26,283 bases of DNA from Tolypothrix carrinoi HA7290-LM1 (GTDB taxonomy: Bacteria; Cyanobacteriota; Cyanobacteriia; Cyanobacteriales; Nostocaceae): positions 1 through 26,283 of the forward strand of contig JAHHIK010000115.1 of the NCBI GenBank assembly GCA_019358935.1, given 5' to 3'. Below the pieces are notes generated by a model, which saw only the letters and a list, made by a program, of their open reading frames with translations, was not told the origin of the DNA and did not search any database. A program made the translations under genes and the position numbers. Positions 19,117 through 26,283 of this stretch are shown here, piece by piece. The stretch's first letter is position 1, and each line of letters begins with the position of its first letter.

Positions 19117-20466
19117 TCAAGTCGATCGCTCTAAAAGCACGTATAGAAACACTTCAAGCTTGCTTAGAAGTTTTTTGATTTCACCCCAAGCTGCCTGCTG
19201 GCTCATCGGCTCTAGGGTGACAGGATGTAGCGGTCTAATCTTACACCAGCGCTCTACTAAATCGCTTATCGGCTGCGCTTTCTCCCAAAGCGGTAGAATG
19301 CAAGCTGCGATCGTACTCTCGATTTCTACCGGCGCAATGGTTGGCACACCGATATATTTACTAATTTGAAAAGGTTTCTGTTCAGCGATGCACTCTATAA
19401 GGTCTTCTTTTACCTTGGGTTTTTGCAACTGGGGATGCAGATGCACTCGTCCACAAAGCCAATCAGATACCCCCCATTCACAAAGTTGTACAACAGGTTC
19501 CTCTGGGTTTGGATGACCGCACCAAAAGTCAAGTAAACGATGACCGGGATGCAACAGTTCAAACAGATGCAATCGCTGTTCAACATCAAGTTCCGGTAAA
19601 GTCATTGCAAGAAACACTGGTAAATTATCTGGCTCTTTAAACAAATCCATAATTTCCCAATGCCGCCAATTTATCATGCTAATAAATTCCAAGTCGGATG
19701 TTCGCAACATATTAAACATCTCAGGAATCGTAAAGCCATTGTCACTTTGAAGCAGGTAATTCATTAAAACTGATTGCTTCCCTCCTTCTGCTTCGTAAAC
19801 TGGCTGCCAAGTCCGAGATTTTAGGTCAACTCCATCCTTCAAGGATTTCATCGTTTCTAAGGTAATTTCAACTTCTAAATCTCCCGGATTGCTATCAGTC
19901 AATCCTATATTTATAAAGACTTCTTGTGCCCGAAAATATCCGCTTCTTTGCAAAGCACTATGTAAATTAGTGCGAATAATTCCCTGCGGTTTAAGAACAG
20001 CTTTCATTGTATTTAAAGCTGCAACCGGATCGGGAAGAAGGTAAAGGACTTCATCATTATTTATATAGTCAAACTTTATCCCCAAGCTTGGTAAGTCATA
20101 AATTGAAAGCGTGTGGAATTCTGCATTGTCGAATCCATGATGCTCTAAACGATGCCGAGCTAATTTAACAGATTCTTCGGAAATATCAATACCAATAATT
20201 TTGGCTTCGGGATTCGCTTCTGCCAAAATTAAAGCTTTATAACCACTACCGCATCCTGCATCTAAAATGACTTTTCCTTTAGTTTCTATAATCTTTTGAT
20301 ATCTCAAATAGTAAGAAGTTACTATGTTATGAATAAACAAAGAATTAAAGTCATTTTTGGGTGAATCATCTAATGGAACTCGCGGATATGGAGAAGTTTC
20401 GTATTGCTGACGAATTTTCTCTAATAATTCAGATGCTTGACGATCCATTTCAAGTTCTCCTGACAC
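19117..20466 (-). CDS. Class I SAM-dependent methyltransferase upstream of pilA
   Basis: ILDAGCGSG motif I, IIGIDIS, FDYINNDEVLY, LKPQG; N-terminal QYETSPYP. Start is GTG 20466 or ATG 20448. Confidence 0.85.
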   Translation of the reverse strand: MSGELEMDRQASELLEKIRQQYETSPYPRVPLDDSPKNDFNSLFIHNIVTSYYLRYQKIIETKGKVILDAGCGSGYKALILAEANPEAKIIGIDISEESVKLARHRLEHHGFDNAEFHTLSIYDLPSLGIKFDYINNDEVLYLLPDPVAALNTMKAVLKPQGIIRTNLHSALQRSGYFRAQEVFINIGLTDSNPGDLEVEITLETMKSLKDGVDLKSRTWQPVYEAEGGKQSVLMNYLLQSDNGFTIPEMFNMLRTSDLEFISMINWRHWEIMDLFKEPDNLPVFLAMTLPELDVEQRLHLFELLHPGHRLLDFWCGHPNPEEPVVQLCEWGVSDWLCGRVHLHPQLQKPKVKEDLIECIAEQKPFQISKYIGVPTIAPVEIESTIAACILPLWEKAQPISDLVERWCKIRPLHPVTLEPMSQQAAWGEIKKLLSKLEVFLYVLLERST

Positions 20467-20569
20467 TAAATTTTTTCAGTGCTGACTGCTGCCAAAAACA
20501 CTTTTTTCTGGCTTTCTAGCATAAGTGAGGTTTCTTCACCTTCTGCTAGTACAAGCACACCCAATTGTT

Positions 20570-20578
20570 AGTGTTCCC
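20570..20578 (-). promoter_or_regulatory. Candidate SigJ-type box, GGGAACACT
   Basis: Minus strand AAAAAGTGGGAACACT about 105 nt upstream of the methyltransferase; 8/9 match to the GGGaAtacT consensus as I recall it. Confidence 0.5.
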
Positions 20579-20675
20579 ACTTTTTGAGATTTCTAACGCG
20601 GTATATAACTTTTTCCCTCGTTAGTCCAGGGCAAAATCAGGATTTACGCAATATCCCCACCAACATAATTTGTTA

Positions 20676-20684
20676 TGCTATACT
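20676..20684 (+). promoter_or_regulatory. Candidate extended -10 (TGcTATACT) for the NTRC gene
   Basis: TG-n-TATACT ending 33 nt upstream of ATG 20718. Confidence 0.4.
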
Positions 20685-20717
20685 AAGCGTAGTCGTTATG
20701 AGTTCGTTTAAGTCCTT

Positions 20718-22079
20718 ATGACCAATCCTACAGTAGAAAACTTAGTAATTATCGGTTCTGGTCCTGCTGGCTACACAGCGGCGATTTATGCGGGACGGGC
20801 TAACCTGAAACCCGTTGTCTTTGAAGGCTTCCAAGCTGGGGGTTTACCTGGTGGTCAGTTGATGACAACGACTGAAGTTGAGAACTTTCCAGGGTTTCCA
20901 CGGGGAATTACAGGACCCGAACTCATGGATCAAATGAAGGCTCAGGCGGAGCGTTGGGGAGCCGAGTTATATACTGAAGATGTGATATCGGTTGACTTAA
21001 CTCAGCGTCCTTTTACTGTCCGCTCGGAAGAACGGGAATTTAAAACCCACAGTATTATTATTGCTACTGGTGCGACAGCAAAGCGTTTAGGTTTACCCAG
21101 CGAACATGAATTTTGGAGTCGGGGTATTTCCGCTTGTGCTATCTGTGATGGTGCTACACCGATTTTCCACGGTGCAGAATTGGCTGTAATTGGCGCTGGT
21201 GACTCGGCAGCAGAAGAAGCGATTTACCTGACGAAATATGGTTCAAAGGTAAATATGCTGGTACGCACTGAGAAAATGCGTGCTTCCAAAGCGATGCAAG
21301 ACCGCGTTTTGAGTAACCCGAAAATCCAGGTGCATTGGAACACCGAAGCCGTGGATATTTTCGGTAACGGTCACATGGAAGGAGTGAAAATCCGCAATAG
21401 CAAAACTGGGGAAGAAAGTCAACTGCATGTTAAGGGTTTATTCTACGCCGTTGGTCACAAGCCGAATACATCGTTGTTTGAAGGACAAATAGAACTGGAT
21501 GAGGTGGGTTACGTTGTCACCAAACACGGTTCTGTAGAAACGAGTGTAGAAGGGGTATTTGCGGCTGGTGACGTGCAAGATCATGAGTTTCGTCAAGCAA
21601 TTACGGCTGCGGGTACTGGCTGTATGGCGGCAATGTTGGCTGAACGCTGGTTGTCTTCTACTGGTTTGATTGAGGAATTTCATCAAAAAGCGGAAACTCC
21701 AGATAATGAATTAGAACATCAGCCTGCTGAGAAGAAAACCCCAGAAGAATTTGATTTAAATGCAACGCGTCACGAGGGGGGTTATGCTTTACGGAAGCTG
21801 TTCCATGAAAGCGATCGCCTAATCCTTGTCAAATACGTTTCTCCTGGCTGCGGTCCTTGCCATACCCTCAAACCAATCTTAAATAAAGTGGTGGATGAAT
21901 TTGATGGTAAAATCCACTTTGTCGAAATTGACATCGACAAAGACCGCGATATTGCCCAAAATGCTAACGTCACAGGAACACCGACGATTCAACTGTTCAA
22001 AGATAAAGAGCTGATCAACGAAGTTAAAGGCGTTAAGCAAAAAACCGAGTACCGCAAGTTGATTGAAAGTAATCTGTAA
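20718..22079 (+). CDS. trxB: NADPH-dependent thioredoxin reductase C (TrxB-thioredoxin fusion, NTRC)
   Basis: [32 protein letters not shown], plus a C-terminal thioredoxin domain with CGPC. Confidence 0.95.
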   Translation: MTNPTVENLVIIGSGPAGYTAAIYAGRANLKPVVFEGFQAGGLPGGQLMTTTEVENFPGFPRGITGPELMDQMKAQAERWGAELYTEDVISVDLTQRPFTVRSEEREFKTHSIIIATGATAKRLGLPSEHEFWSRGISACAICDGATPIFHGAELAVIGAGDSAAEEAIYLTKYGSKVNMLVRTEKMRASKAMQDRVLSNPKIQVHWNTEAVDIFGNGHMEGVKIRNSKTGEESQLHVKGLFYAVGHKPNTSLFEGQIELDEVGYVVTKHGSVETSVEGVFAAGDVQDHEFRQAITAAGTGCMAAMLAERWLSSTGLIEEFHQKAETPDNELEHQPAEKKTPEEFDLNATRHEGGYALRKLFHESDRLILVKYVSPGCGPCHTLKPILNKVVDEFDGKIHFVEIDIDKDRDIAQNANVTGTPTIQLFKDKELINEVKGVKQKTEYRKLIESNL

Positions 22080-22169
22080 GGGATTGGGTAATGGGGAATG
22101 GGTAATGGGGAATGGGTAATAGAAAATGGGAATTACCAATTACCTATTCCCAATTACCAATTCCTAATT
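22080..22169. repeat. Bipartite heptamer tract, (GGTAATG/GGGAATG)n then (AATTACC/AATTCCC-like)n
   Basis: Direct reading; begins immediately after the NTRC stop codon. Confidence 0.85.
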
Positions 22170-22248
22170 TTTGTGTTTGCATCTTGCCTTAATTCATCTG
22201 ATATGTAAAATAGTCAGCGTATCTTGCTCTTCGGACTTGCGATCGCTC

Positions 22249-23145
22249 ATGACCGTTATCAAAAAACCGCTACCCAGATTTTTTAGTTTTGCCAGCAATC
22301 CCAATTTATCTCGGCAATTAATGCTGACTGGGATAGCTATTACTTTGTTTTTCGTCTTCTTGGCTTTTTTCGCTCCAGTCTTTCAAGCTTGGGGATGGCT
22401 GCAAGATCCTACAGATTTTCTCGCGAATCCGATTCACGATGCACCCTCCGCGAAACACTGGTTTGGCACTAGTCGCTTGGGCTATGATGTGTTCTCGCGC
22501 ACTGTTTTCGGCGCTCAAGCTGCTTTGCAAGTGGTGATTTTGGCTACCTCACTCAGTATGATTATCGGTGTGCCTTTGGGGATGCTGAGTGGCTATCTGG
22601 GCGGTAAAGTTGATAAGGTTTTGCTGTTTTTTATGGATAGCATTTATACCTTACCGGGGTTGCTGCTTTCCGTAACGCTGGCGTTTGTGGTGGGAAGGGG
22701 AATATTAAATGCAGCGATCGCAATTAGTATTGCTTACATTCCCCAATATTACCGCGTTGTCCGCAACCACACAGTTAGCGTGAAAACTGAAGTGTTCATC
22801 GAAGCTGCCCAAGCAATGGGTGCGAACACTTGGCAGGTTCTTTCTAAATATCTATTTTTCAACGTAATTCAAAGTGTACCCGTACTTTTCACCCTAAACG
22901 CTGCTGATGCAATTTTGGTGTTGGGGGGTTTGGGCTTTTTGGGGCTAGGACTTCCCGAAGAAGTGGCAGAATGGGGACACGATTTAAAACAAGCTTTAGA
23001 AGCACTACCCACAGGTATTTGGTGGACTACGCTTTTTCCTGGTTTGGCGATGACTTTAATGGTGGTTGGGTTGTCGCTGCTGGGTGAGGGGTTAAATGAA
23101 TTTGTCAATCCCCGCTTGCGGAAAGAAAATAGTATCCGGAAGTAG
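22249..23145 (+). CDS. Peptide/nickel ABC transporter permease (DppC/OppC family)
   Basis: HWFGTSRLGYDVFSR, EAA motif FIEAAQAMGA, LGFLGLG, WG..L, FPGLA…LLGEGL. Start reassigned to ATG 22249. Confidence 0.9.
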   Translation: MTVIKKPLPRFFSFASNPNLSRQLMLTGIAITLFFVFLAFFAPVFQAWGWLQDPTDFLANPIHDAPSAKHWFGTSRLGYDVFSRTVFGAQAALQVVILATSLSMIIGVPLGMLSGYLGGKVDKVLLFFMDSIYTLPGLLLSVTLAFVVGRGILNAAIAISIAYIPQYYRVVRNHTVSVKTEVFIEAAQAMGANTWQVLSKYLFFNVIQSVPVLFTLNAADAILVLGGLGFLGLGLPEEVAEWGHDLKQALEALPTGIWWTTLFPGLAMTLMVVGLSLLGEGLNEFVNPRLRKENSIRK

Positions 23146-23151
23146 TTTGAA

Positions 23152-23338
23152 TTGGTTAGTAGTTGGTGGATAGTGGATAGTGGGTAGTGGATAGTGGATA
23201 GTGGATAGTGGGTAGTGGATAGTTGATAACTGTTGACTGTTAACCGCCAAGCAACAACTATCAACCAACAACTAACAACCAACAACTAACAACCAACAAC
23301 TAACAACCAACAACCAACAACCAACAACTAACAACCAA
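23152..23338. repeat. Bipartite heptamer tract, (GTGGATA)n then (CAACTAA/CAACCAA)n
   Basis: Direct reading; shares its central core with the tract at 6609-6755. Confidence 0.9.
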
Positions 23339-23351
23339 TTGAGAGATTTGT

Positions 23352-23543
23352 GTGAAAGATAACCTTTCTTTAATCGTGGCTGCTGCTGGTGGATTTATGC
23401 TTTCTGTCGCCCTTACAGGTATTTTACGAGGTGCGCCGGTAACATCTTTCCAGGCTCAATCTAGTTTTCGTCCCGCGACAGTGGCTGCATTCAGCGTTGC
23501 ACCCAAGCAGACGGAATTAGAAGATTTTCGCGCTAAGACCTAA
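23352..23543 (+). CDS. Small hypothetical protein with an N-terminal hydrophobic segment
   Basis: GTG start after GAGAGA; LIVAAAGGFMLSVALTGIL is TM- or signal-like; fills the gap between co-oriented genes. Confidence 0.55.
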   Translation: MKDNLSLIVAAAGGFMLSVALTGILRGAPVTSFQAQSSFRPATVAAFSVAPKQTELEDFRAKT

Positions 23544-23593
23544 AGGCGCTAAGATGCTTTTGAAATCTGAAAATTTGCGCTTTTGGGTTTAAT

Positions 23594-24490
23594 GTGGTGA
23601 ATTCTCAAGTAATCGGCATTGACTTGGGGGGAACGGCGATTAAGTTGGGGCGATTTACGGCTGATGGTGCTTGTTTGCAATCTTTGACTGTGCCAACTCC
23701 CCAACCAGCGACACCTGAGGCGGTTATGGCGGTGATGGTGGATGCGATCGCTCAACTTGACCCAGATAATCTTAGCATGGCGATCGGTGTCGGTACTCCC
23801 GGTCCTGCCGATGCCAGTGGACGCATTGCCAAAGTTGCCATCAATCTGACAGGATGGCATGATGTCCCTTTAGCTGATTGGTTAGAAGCGAAAACTGGCA
23901 AACCTACGATTCTCGCTAATGATGCTAATTGTGCGGGGTTGGGAGAAGCTTGGTTAGGTGCCGGTCGGCATTTTCAAAACCTGATTTTACTGACTTTGGG
24001 AACTGGCGTGGGTGGGGCGGTTATCTTAAATGGTAAATTGTTTATTGGGCATCAAGGAGCCGCCGGAGAGTTAGGTTTGATTACCTTAAATCCCTCAGGT
24101 CCGATGTGTAATAGCGGTAATCAAGGCTCTTTGGAGCAGTATACTTCCGTCGTGGCAATTCGTCGCCGCACCGGGAAAGAACCTGCGGAATTGGGCGCTT
24201 TGGCGCAAGCGGGAGATGCGGAGGCGTTGACTTTTTGGCAAAATTATGGTAAGGATTTAGGCGCTGGTTTGAGTAGTTTGGTTTATGTATTGACACCGCA
24301 GGCGATCGTTCTTGGTGGTGGTGTCAGCGCTAGTTTTGAGTTTTTCTTACCAACTGTTAAGGCAGAAATTGAGCGTCGAGTGCTGGCTACTTCTCGCGTG
24401 GGGTTACAAATATTGCAAGCAAAGTTGGGCAATTCTGCGGGAATGGTGGGTGCAGCAAAGTTGGCATGGCAACACCATTTGGGATGTTAG
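23594..24490 (+). CDS. glk: ROK-family sugar kinase (glucokinase)
   Basis: IGIDLGGT, GVGTPGP, ANDANCAGLGE, TLGTGVGG, AGELG, CNSGNQGSLE. Confidence 0.85.
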   Translation: MVNSQVIGIDLGGTAIKLGRFTADGACLQSLTVPTPQPATPEAVMAVMVDAIAQLDPDNLSMAIGVGTPGPADASGRIAKVAINLTGWHDVPLADWLEAKTGKPTILANDANCAGLGEAWLGAGRHFQNLILLTLGTGVGGAVILNGKLFIGHQGAAGELGLITLNPSGPMCNSGNQGSLEQYTSVVAIRRRTGKEPAELGALAQAGDAEALTFWQNYGKDLGAGLSSLVYVLTPQAIVLGGGVSASFEFFLPTVKAEIERRVLATSRVGLQILQAKLGNSAGMVGAAKLAWQHHLGC

Positions 24491-24494
24491 ATTT

Positions 24495-25118
24495 ATGGTT
24501 AAAACAATTCCAGCTAGAGATATCAGTCTTTACGAATTAGAAGAAAAATTTGGTTTGCAATTTGTTACAGATACCGACTTTTTCCTAGAATGGGCAGAGA
24601 ATTTACCGACTCTGACTGATGGTGAAAAACAAGCGATCGCACGAGTGCAAAGCAATTATTTAAACTTGAATAAGCGCCGTCCGATGTCAGAAGAGGCGGT
24701 AAAGATGGTAGTATTGTCTCCTCTACTCGATTTAGCTGGATTTTATCAACCTCCTTTTGACATTGAAACCGAGACATCTATTGAGATTTCTGCTGAAGAT
24801 GAGGGCTTTGTTGTTAAAGGAAATATTGATGTCCTTGTTATTCAAAAGCGCTTTTGGGTACTTGTTATCGAATCTAAAAGCAGTAAACTTGATGTGATGG
24901 TAGCCCTACCCCAAGCACTGGCTTATATGCTTGATAATCCAAATTCTGCACGAGCAACTTTTGGTTTGCTTGTCAACGGTAGGGAGTTTGTTTTTGTTAA
25001 GTTAATTCAACAAGAACAACCTAAGTATGCACGGTCTTATGCGCTATCTATTGAACGCGATTCAGAATTATACCAGGTAGTGAGTATATTCAAGCGCATT
25101 GGAGAATTAATTAGATGA
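24495..25118 (+). CDS. Stand-alone HsdR_N-like PD-(D/E)XK nuclease-fold protein
   Basis: SEEAVKMVVLSPLL, GNIDVLV…LVIESK, ALPQALAYM, GLLVNG. ATG 24495 lies 4 nt after the glk stop. Confidence 0.75.
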   Translation: MVKTIPARDISLYELEEKFGLQFVTDTDFFLEWAENLPTLTDGEKQAIARVQSNYLNLNKRRPMSEEAVKMVVLSPLLDLAGFYQPPFDIETETSIEISAEDEGFVVKGNIDVLVIQKRFWVLVIESKSSKLDVMVALPQALAYMLDNPNSARATFGLLVNGREFVFVKLIQQEQPKYARSYALSIERDSELYQVVSIFKRIGELIR

Positions 25119-25124
25119 AAAACA

Positions 25125-25157
25125 AGATCCCCGACTTCTCTAAGAAGTCGGGGATCT
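25125..25157. terminator. Perfect 15-bp stem-loop between convergent genes (bidirectional terminator or palindromic repeat)
   Basis: AGATCCCCGACTTCT-CTA-AGAAGTCGGGGATCT. Confidence 0.75.
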
Positions 25158-25174
25158 GAAGATTGTCAATTTAA

Positions 25175-26161
25175 TCATTCTGACTCGCCAATTAGGGTAA
25201 AAGCAGCCCAATCTAAAGGTTGAGGATTCTGTTTCATGGTTGTCAGCATGGCTTGACGTAAAGCCGTGGCTTTATCAGAGTTATGTTGAATATTTTTGTA
25301 AAATTCACTCATTAGGGATGCTGTGGGTTCGTCTGGTACTTTCCACAAAGACACCATCACACTAGGGACACCTGCTGTAATTAAAGAACGAGATAGACCG
25401 ATTACGCCATCACCTGTAATTCTACCTCTACCAGTGTCACAAGCGCTCAAAACGACTAATTCCGCGTTTAGTTTCAGATCCAGGATTTCGTAAGCTGTGA
25501 GTAAGCCGTTGTCATTTCCGGATGGGGCAAGAGCGATCGCACCCGGTACACCCAATTGTTTATAATCATCCAATAAGCCATGCGTTGCTAAATGCACAAT
25601 TCTGGCTTTGGTCATTTTTTGGACGATCGCTGTTTTCGTCGCTTGATTGCCGATAATCGCTTTGGTGTTGAAAAGGCTAGCGATCGCTTTTGCTTCGGTT
25701 TCCGCACCTGGTAAACTGTCTAATTGCTGCGGCTTCTCTCCCGGTACAAATGGCACACTAGGCATAGTAGGATTACCCACAATTAATATTCCCCCCCTCT
25801 CCCCCTCCCCCACTCTCCCCCTCTCCCTTTGCCGATGGGTTAAATCTAATACCTGAATTGCCGGCGCGGTGAGGATGGTATGTTTTTCAATTAAATATTT
25901 GCCGTTGGTATCTTGCAAAGCGGGGAAGGGAACGAGAAATAGGGAACCTTGGGGAATGAAAATAACGCGCTGGTTGGGGTTGGTGGGTAAAAGGTCGGCA
26001 ATGGGTTTGATTAACAAGTTGTGAAGCTGTTGAAATCGGTTTTGTGCTTGCACAGCCGGATTGTAACTCACGTCAACACCGCCGCGACCTCTTGTACCGA
26101 TAGAATTACGACTGGTAGTTACAAGGTTTGCAAGAGTTGTATTTTCTTTTTGCCATAGGGG
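25175..26161 (-). pseudogene. 3' portion of a CHAT-domain (caspase/HetF-like peptidase) gene, separated from its 5' part
   Basis: Intact IVHLATHG, VVLSACDTG, SLWKVPD, WAAF. The frame stays open upstream of GTG 26071 (PLWQKENTTLANLVTTSRNSIGTRGRG) until TAA at 26162-26164, with no start codon there. Confidence 0.7.
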
Positions 26162-26192
26162 TTAGTTGCTGTTCGCTAATATCTGGACAAGC

Positions 26193-26283
26193 CTACCCAT
26201 CATTTCCCGTTTGTCCAGCTATCAACCGTTCAACGTATTCTCTAAGCCGTTTTTGCCAGTTAGGAACGGCTTTCAATTTGTCT
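26193..26283 (-). CDS. 3' end of a small protein (…DKLKAVPNWQKRLREYVERLIAGQTGNDG*), possibly a ribbon-helix-helix-like DNA-binding protein
   Basis: Manual translation; amphipathic helix pattern resembling small cyanobacterial mobile-element proteins. Truncated by the window edge. Confidence 0.5.
   Translation of the reverse strand, partial: DKLKAVPNWQKRLREYVERLIAGQTGNDG

Larger units (their letters stand above)
1348..25687. repeat. HIP1 octamer GCGATCGC, dispersed (roughly 25-30 copies by eye)
   Basis: Examples at 1348, 1381, 1929, 4382, 5612, 9928, 15948, 22239, 25680. Cyanobacterial signature. Count is manual and approximate. Confidence 0.9.

Noticed and set aside
20718..22079. TrxB-thioredoxin fusion as a novelty
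   Set aside because: This is the well-known NTRC of cyanobacteria and plastids.
22249..23145. Lone ABC permease as evidence of a broken operon
   Set aside because: Dispersed ABC transporter subunits are normal in cyanobacteria.
24312..24494. Long N-terminal extension of the nuclease ORF overlapping glk
   Set aside because: It is an out-of-frame read of glk; ATG 24495 is the plausible start.
1650..25856. Remaining short antisense or nested ORFs in the track
   Set aside because: They lie within well-supported genes and show no motifs; treated as shadow ORFs.
26170..26200. Tn7/CAST-like transposon end starting with TGT
   Set aside because: No repeated TnsB-binding sites are recognisable in the visible sequence.
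75..26218. Similar TGGACA…TGTCCA inverted repeats at both window ends as the borders of one element
   Set aside because: Only 6-7 bp are shared, the spacers differ, and the enclosed DNA includes ordinary housekeeping genes.

Overview
Chromosomal window from a filamentous, probably heterocyst-forming (Nostocales-like) cyanobacterium, judged from dense HIP1 octamers (GCGATCGC), 7-8 nt tandem repeat tracts and gene content. Left part: solo DUF262/GmrS-like gene, RluE-type pseudouridine synthase, and a signalling cluster (PAS-PAS histidine kinase, zinc-ribbon/pseudokinase/PP2C phosphatase, FHA Ser/Thr kinase), then a DUF4327 gene and a small TPR membrane protein. Middle: a giant glycosyltransferase/methyltransferase gene whose TPR-GT41 tail is cut off by a T9 frameshift and a nonsense codon. 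It converges on a methyltransferase-pilA-ogtA type IV pilin locus. Right part: NTRC, a DppC-type permease, a small ORF, a ROK glucokinase, an HsdR_N-like nuclease, and a CHAT-domain gene whose frame is broken at about 26162 by unrelated DNA, possibly the end of an inserted element. Most notable non-gene structures: three ~45-nt elements nested inside one another at 8163-8298, a GTAG-REP doublet at 16046-16095, and paired group-3 sigma-type boxes upstream of the pilin-locus genes. All calls come from motif reading; no database search was run.
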